Shown here: positions 60,502 to 64,000 of the stretch, piece by piece
Numbering within the stretch: position 1 is the stretch's first letter
Layout of the letters: every line of letters starts with the position of its first letter
Origin: an uncultured Eubacterium sp.
GTDB taxonomy: Bacteria > Bacillota > Clostridia > Lachnospirales > Lachnospiraceae
DNA: 64,000 bases
Reading direction: 5' to 3'
NCBI GenBank assembly: GCA_947088865.1
Contig: CAMUHY010000019.1
Coordinates: forward strand, 2,185-66,184
Notes under the pieces: model-generated
Database searches by the model: none
The model's input: the letters and a program-made list of their open reading frames with translations, nothing else
Told to the model about the DNA's origin: nothing
Translations under genes and position numbers: made by a program

Positions 60502-61092
60502 TTAATGTACGTTCAATCCATCCACCCCAAAAATAAGAGCAGCTAATCGTTCTGTTGCCATTTTAATATCTTCATATACATTTCTTGTTGATATATTTTG
60601 TTTTTCTGCAATCTTTTTCACAGATAAAATATTCTCTGATATATATCTGTCCCATAGGACTTCATATCGCCTCATATCAATATCTCTATTTAAAGACTTC
60701 TCACAATATACTGCATATAATCCTAACATGGTTTCAATATGTGATACAATAATAGCTGTTCTGGTAACGCTTCTTTTTATGCTTTCAATAATAATTTCAT
60801 TATCATACAATGACATCATGGACTCTAAAATATCAAGTGCGGACTCCTCCATTTGCGTTCTTCCAAACACTGAATTTTCTGCATGTTCTTTTAACATATG
60901 ATAATTGCGAAGCAATAACTTTGTATTATGTAGCTTCCTGCTTGCTCTCTTTTCCTGTTCTTTCTTTTGGTTTTGATGAAATATTTTTACACCTTCCTTT
61001 GCACCAATTATTGCTGCCTTGTTATAAATATCCTCTAATTGCTCATGTGTCAAAAACACTACTACATTTTTTTCTTCTGATTGGATTTCCAT
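60502..61092 (-). CDS. Phage late transcriptional activator (RinA/ArpU/sigma region 4-like)
   Basis: NTKLLLRNY and a C-terminal HTH (LSVKKIAEKQNISTRNVYEDI); sits at the early/late boundary. Confidence 0.72.
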   Translation of the reverse strand: MEIQSEEKNVVVFLTHEQLEDIYNKAAIIGAKEGVKIFHQNQKKEQEKRASRKLHNTKLLLRNYHMLKEHAENSVFGRTQMEESALDILESMMSLYDNEIIIESIKRSVTRTAIIVSHIETMLGLYAVYCEKSLNRDIDMRRYEVLWDRYISENILSVKKIAEKQNISTRNVYEDIKMATERLAALIFGVDGLNVH

Positions 61093-61242
61093 GCTATTCC
61101 CCTCCTAGATTTCATTGCACATTCTTATCGAATTATGATACAATATAGTTGCACGTTGGGAGGGCTGTGAAAACACTCTCCTTTTTCCTATTTATCCATT
61201 TTTATTTGATTATTATTTATATCTCATTATTAACCAACTCTT

Positions 61243-62241
61243 TTAAATCAGGAATCTCCAATTCTTTTTTTTACAAAATTGCTTAAAGCAATCCTTACAT
61301 AGAAAGCAAAACTGCTTTGGCTGTTCTCCACGTTTTGACCTAGCAAGCATAGTAATCATGTCACTTTTTCTTAAATAATCTTTACATTCTGCACATGTGT
61401 CAAACAACTTCTTTTCCATTTTGGGACTCACTTGTAAATGCTGTAATGTTTCTGGAAATTCTCTACGCATATTATCTTCACCAACAATAGGTATTAAGCT
61501 ATCCTTCATAAATACTGGTATTTTTGAATTTTCACACCATTCTACAATATCTTCTATCCATTCTTTTTTGGGAATAATTTTATCTTTTCTTCTGTCAGTT
61601 TCTGCACCAATAATTACCCAATTGGGAGGTGACTGTTGAATACTATTTCCCATTTCTCCAAATGGTTCAAAAAGTGGTTCAATACTCAAAAATGTATTGA
61701 TACCTTCTGCCCAGTAAAATTGGGTATGTGGATTGGTAATTGTTGAACCATACCACATATTTTTTTGTACTGGCAATCCAACTTTACTATGTGCCAATTC
61801 AATATAGCGTTTTGGATTCTTAGTAAGAAACAAATAATTATGTATTGGATAGTTCATACAGGTATTAAAAATCTCTTTAATCCATTCATCTGGCACCCAA
61901 GAACCAAACATATCACACATAGCACCAACAAAAAGAATATTTCCCATTTTTAATTTTGAAAGACTATCTACTCTATATCTATGAAATGTTGGTTCAAATC
62001 CAAACGGATATATTAATGGATTACCTGTTTCATTTATCATTGGAGTATCTAACAAATATAAATTTCCTCCACCATCAGCTGATGGCACTAAAGAATAATC
62101 TTTTTTTGCCATTTTATTTAGCATGATATTTCCAGCAAAACGCTTTGACATTTTCCTTGCATAACAATATTCACAATGATGTCGGCATCCTGTGATGGGA
62201 TTCCATGTATGGTCGCACCATTCAATTTTTGAACGATTCAT
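61243..62241 (-). CDS. DUF5131 (phage Gp37/Gp68, radical-SAM-like) protein with a C-terminal Cys-rich extension
   Basis: IEWCDHTWNPITGCRHHCEYCYA, FLTKNPKRY, FLSIEPL, WVIIGAET and PVFMKDSL. Confidence 0.88.
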   Translation of the reverse strand: MNRSKIEWCDHTWNPITGCRHHCEYCYARKMSKRFAGNIMLNKMAKKDYSLVPSADGGGNLYLLDTPMINETGNPLIYPFGFEPTFHRYRVDSLSKLKMGNILFVGAMCDMFGSWVPDEWIKEIFNTCMNYPIHNYLFLTKNPKRYIELAHSKVGLPVQKNMWYGSTITNPHTQFYWAEGINTFLSIEPLFEPFGEMGNSIQQSPPNWVIIGAETDRRKDKIIPKKEWIEDIVEWCENSKIPVFMKDSLIPIVGEDNMRREFPETLQHLQVSPKMEKKLFDTCAECKDYLRKSDMITMLARSKRGEQPKQFCFLCKDCFKQFCKKKNWRFLI

Positions 62242-62260
62242 AAATAACCTCCTTCTAATC

Positions 62261-62494
62261 CTAGTTTTTTACTTCCTGCTTACAGATAAAATCCATATTT
62301 ATTAATCTATATTGTGATGAATAATCATACTTTCTGATAATAATACCTTCTTCCACCAATTTATTCATATGCACATGAACAGTTGATTTTGTCCTATTAA
62401 CACCTTCTGCAATTTCATCATAGCTTGGATAAAATTGAGTTTTCTTATAGTAATCAACAATAAAGTTAATAATGCTTTCTTTAATTGATGTCAT
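62261..62494 (-). CDS. LexA N-terminal-like winged-HTH protein
   Basis: FYPSYDEIAEGV..KSTVHVHMNKLVEEGII. Confidence 0.78.
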   Translation of the reverse strand: MTSIKESIINFIVDYYKKTQFYPSYDEIAEGVNRTKSTVHVHMNKLVEEGIIIRKYDYSSQYRLINMDFICKQEVKN

Positions 62495-62898
62495 TTATTT
62501 ATCTTTCTCCTTTCTTTTACTGCCTGCTCTGCCTCTGATTTTGTAAGAAACACTGTTTTGCCAAATCTCTTTTCCATAACAGATAATGCAATAATAAAAG
62601 TATCTGCTTTCGTTTCTGTAAGAACAACTTTTCCACTTGGTAATGTATTAAGTATGTATATTGTATCTCCTACTACGCAAGGTAACTTCAATAATTTTCC
62701 TTGTTCTTCCAAGTTTTCGTATTCTCCCAATCTATTAAAACACTTATTAATTGCACAATTCGTACAATCTGCACATTCCTCTGTTGCTTTACAATATTCA
62801 AAACATAAATCACAATCATCTGCCCCGCCTAATTTATCTATACTGCATAATTCTTTTGGTAGATATTCTCCACAATATTCTATTGTCAATCTCTCCAT
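62491..62898 (-). CDS. Phage hypothetical protein
   Basis: RLGEYENLEEQGKLLKLPCVVGDTIY and GKTVFLTKSEAE, typical of Clostridial phage early genes. Confidence 0.75.
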   Translation of the reverse strand: MERLTIEYCGEYLPKELCSIDKLGGADDCDLCFEYCKATEECADCTNCAINKCFNRLGEYENLEEQGKLLKLPCVVGDTIYILNTLPSGKVVLTETKADTFIIALSVMEKRFGKTVFLTKSEAEQAVKERRKINK

Positions 62899-62914
62899 TT
62901 CAACCTCCTTATGA

Positions 62915-63436
62915 TTTACTCCATATTGGTCTACATTTTATTTACTTTTAATTGTTATTATCTTTTATGTTTATATTGTAGGGTTCAGGCAACCTAGCCT
63001 CGCACGCAATCCCATTCCAATTTAACACCACAATTATCACAAAAATTTTGGTAACTTCTAACAAGATTACCACAATTACATCTTCCATCTCTGCAACCAA
63101 TAACAACATTTTCTCCTAAGTATTCTGGTTCACATACTTTTCCTTGCTTTTTTAATTCCTTTTCCATTTTTGCTACTTCTTTACACTTTTCTGTGTATAA
63201 TAAGTCCATTTTCTCAACTTGCTTTGGACTTAAACCTGTCTTTTCATAATCCATCAGCTTATATAACGCACCATATACTTTAGATGAAAGTGTCTGCAAT
63301 TCCACACCTTTTATTCCCCAGCTTCCATCAGGCTCATCCCATGTTATTCTATTCATATATTTACTCCATATTTGTCTACATTTTATTTACTTTTCGTTGT
63401 TATTATTTTTTATTTTTATATTGTAGGGTTCTGGCA
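62915..63436. repeat. About 77-bp direct repeats flanking ORF 62994-63356
   Basis: TTTACTCCATATT..TCTACATTTTATTTACTTTT..TTGTTATTAT..TTATATTGTAGGGTTC at 62915-62991 and 63360-63436. Confidence 0.8.
62994..63356 (-). CDS. Phage hypothetical protein with a C-terminal zinc ribbon
   Basis: KLMDYEKTGLSP and CNCG..FCDNCGVKLEW. Confidence 0.72.
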   Translation of the reverse strand: MNRITWDEPDGSWGIKGVELQTLSSKVYGALYKLMDYEKTGLSPKQVEKMDLLYTEKCKEVAKMEKELKKQGKVCEPEYLGENVVIGCRDGRCNCGNLVRSYQNFCDNCGVKLEWDCVRG

Positions 63437-63641
63437 GCGGTTGCCATGCCAAAACTGTATTTATGGTATAATCATATATCCCATGAAACTTTTTATCATA
63501 ATATGTTAATATTGTAACAGCACCATGTGAAAAAGAAGCAAGCACTCGTTGATTTTCTTCTGGCAACCTATCTTCACATGCAATCCACCCATCATTACAA
63601 CATATTGATAATTGCTCCATATTAAATAATTTCAATCCCAT
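63387..63641 (-). CDS. DUF551-like phage protein
   Basis: GWIACEDRLPE and VLAWQPLPEPY. Confidence 0.8.
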   Translation of the reverse strand: MGLKLFNMEQLSICCNDGWIACEDRLPEENQRVLASFSHGAVTILTYYDKKFHGIYDYTINTVLAWQPLPEPYNIKIKNNNNEK

Positions 63642-63659
63642 TCCACCCCTCCAATGTTT

Positions 63660-64000
63660 CTAATCTTTTAAGTTATGATTCCTATTTTTAATGTTCTTCT
63701 TTAGTAATTCTGGATTATCAAATATATTACCAATAACCTCCATATCCAATTGCTTTATATCCACATCTATGAATGACATACTTAAATTAAAAGGGTGACA
63801 TTTACTTATTTCATCTGTTGGAATAACCTCATAATGCCAACCAATTGCTTCATCAATCTTTTCAAGAGTTTCTGCATTTATAACATGCAATTTTCCAAAT
63901 ACGACCTTTACTAAGTCCTTTTTGTTTTCATGACACATGAGAATATCTCCCTCAAAAATTTTTCTGCCTTTTTTGTCTGTCAATCCTGTGTATTGGCATA
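63660..64000 (-). CDS. YopX-family phage protein (3' part; start lies beyond the window)
   Basis: QYTGLTDKKGRKIFEGDI and MEVIGNIFDNPELL. Confidence 0.85.
   Translation of the reverse strand, partial: CQYTGLTDKKGRKIFEGDILMCHENKKDLVKVVFGKLHVINAETLEKIDEAIGWHYEVIPTDEISKCHPFNLSMSFIDVDIKQLDMEVIGNIFDNPELLKKNIKNRNHNLKD

Larger units (their letters stand above)
44403..64000 (-). mobile_element. Prophage (skin/PBSX-like head module), truncated on the left after the head-tail joining genes and continuing off the right edge
   Basis: Co-oriented run of YopX, DUF551, DUF5131, late activator, terminase small and large subunits, portal, minor head protein, XkdF-like protein, major capsid and connector genes. 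Confidence 0.92.

Noticed and set aside
1-64000. CRISPR array
   Set aside because: No run of equal-length repeats separated by unique spacers was seen; the repeats found are dispersed or occur only two or three times.

Overview
AT-rich, low-GC Firmicute chromosome segment; the gene content resembles Lachnospiraceae/Clostridia (inferred from protein style, not from a search). 1-44 kb is a mosaic of core and accessory genes. Core genes: topoisomerase IV-like parE/parC, a PPIase, metA, ligA, a pseudouridine synthase, tRNA-Arg(CCG), csoR-copA and ilvBN. Accessory material: the 5' part of a type I R-M hsdM, a phage-like divergent XRE switch, a candidate type I toxin-antitoxin locus with an antisense promoter, an SdpRI-like pair, a GH31 hydrolase, an ABC exporter, TetR units, a LytTR/GHKL two-component system, an integrase remnant and several small intergenic repeats. 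44.4-64 kb is a minus-strand skin/PBSX-like prophage that runs off the right edge. It keeps its packaging and head genes, but here it stops abruptly after a fused head-tail joining gene, with no tail or lysis genes. The most unusual element lies between the late activator and the terminase: a five-gene cassette of a Na+/solute symporter, two PP-loop (PAPS-reductase-family) proteins and two ParB-like proteins. It is a candidate phage DNA-modification or substrate-import system. No CRISPR array or rRNA was seen. No database searches were run, so family names come from motif recognition.
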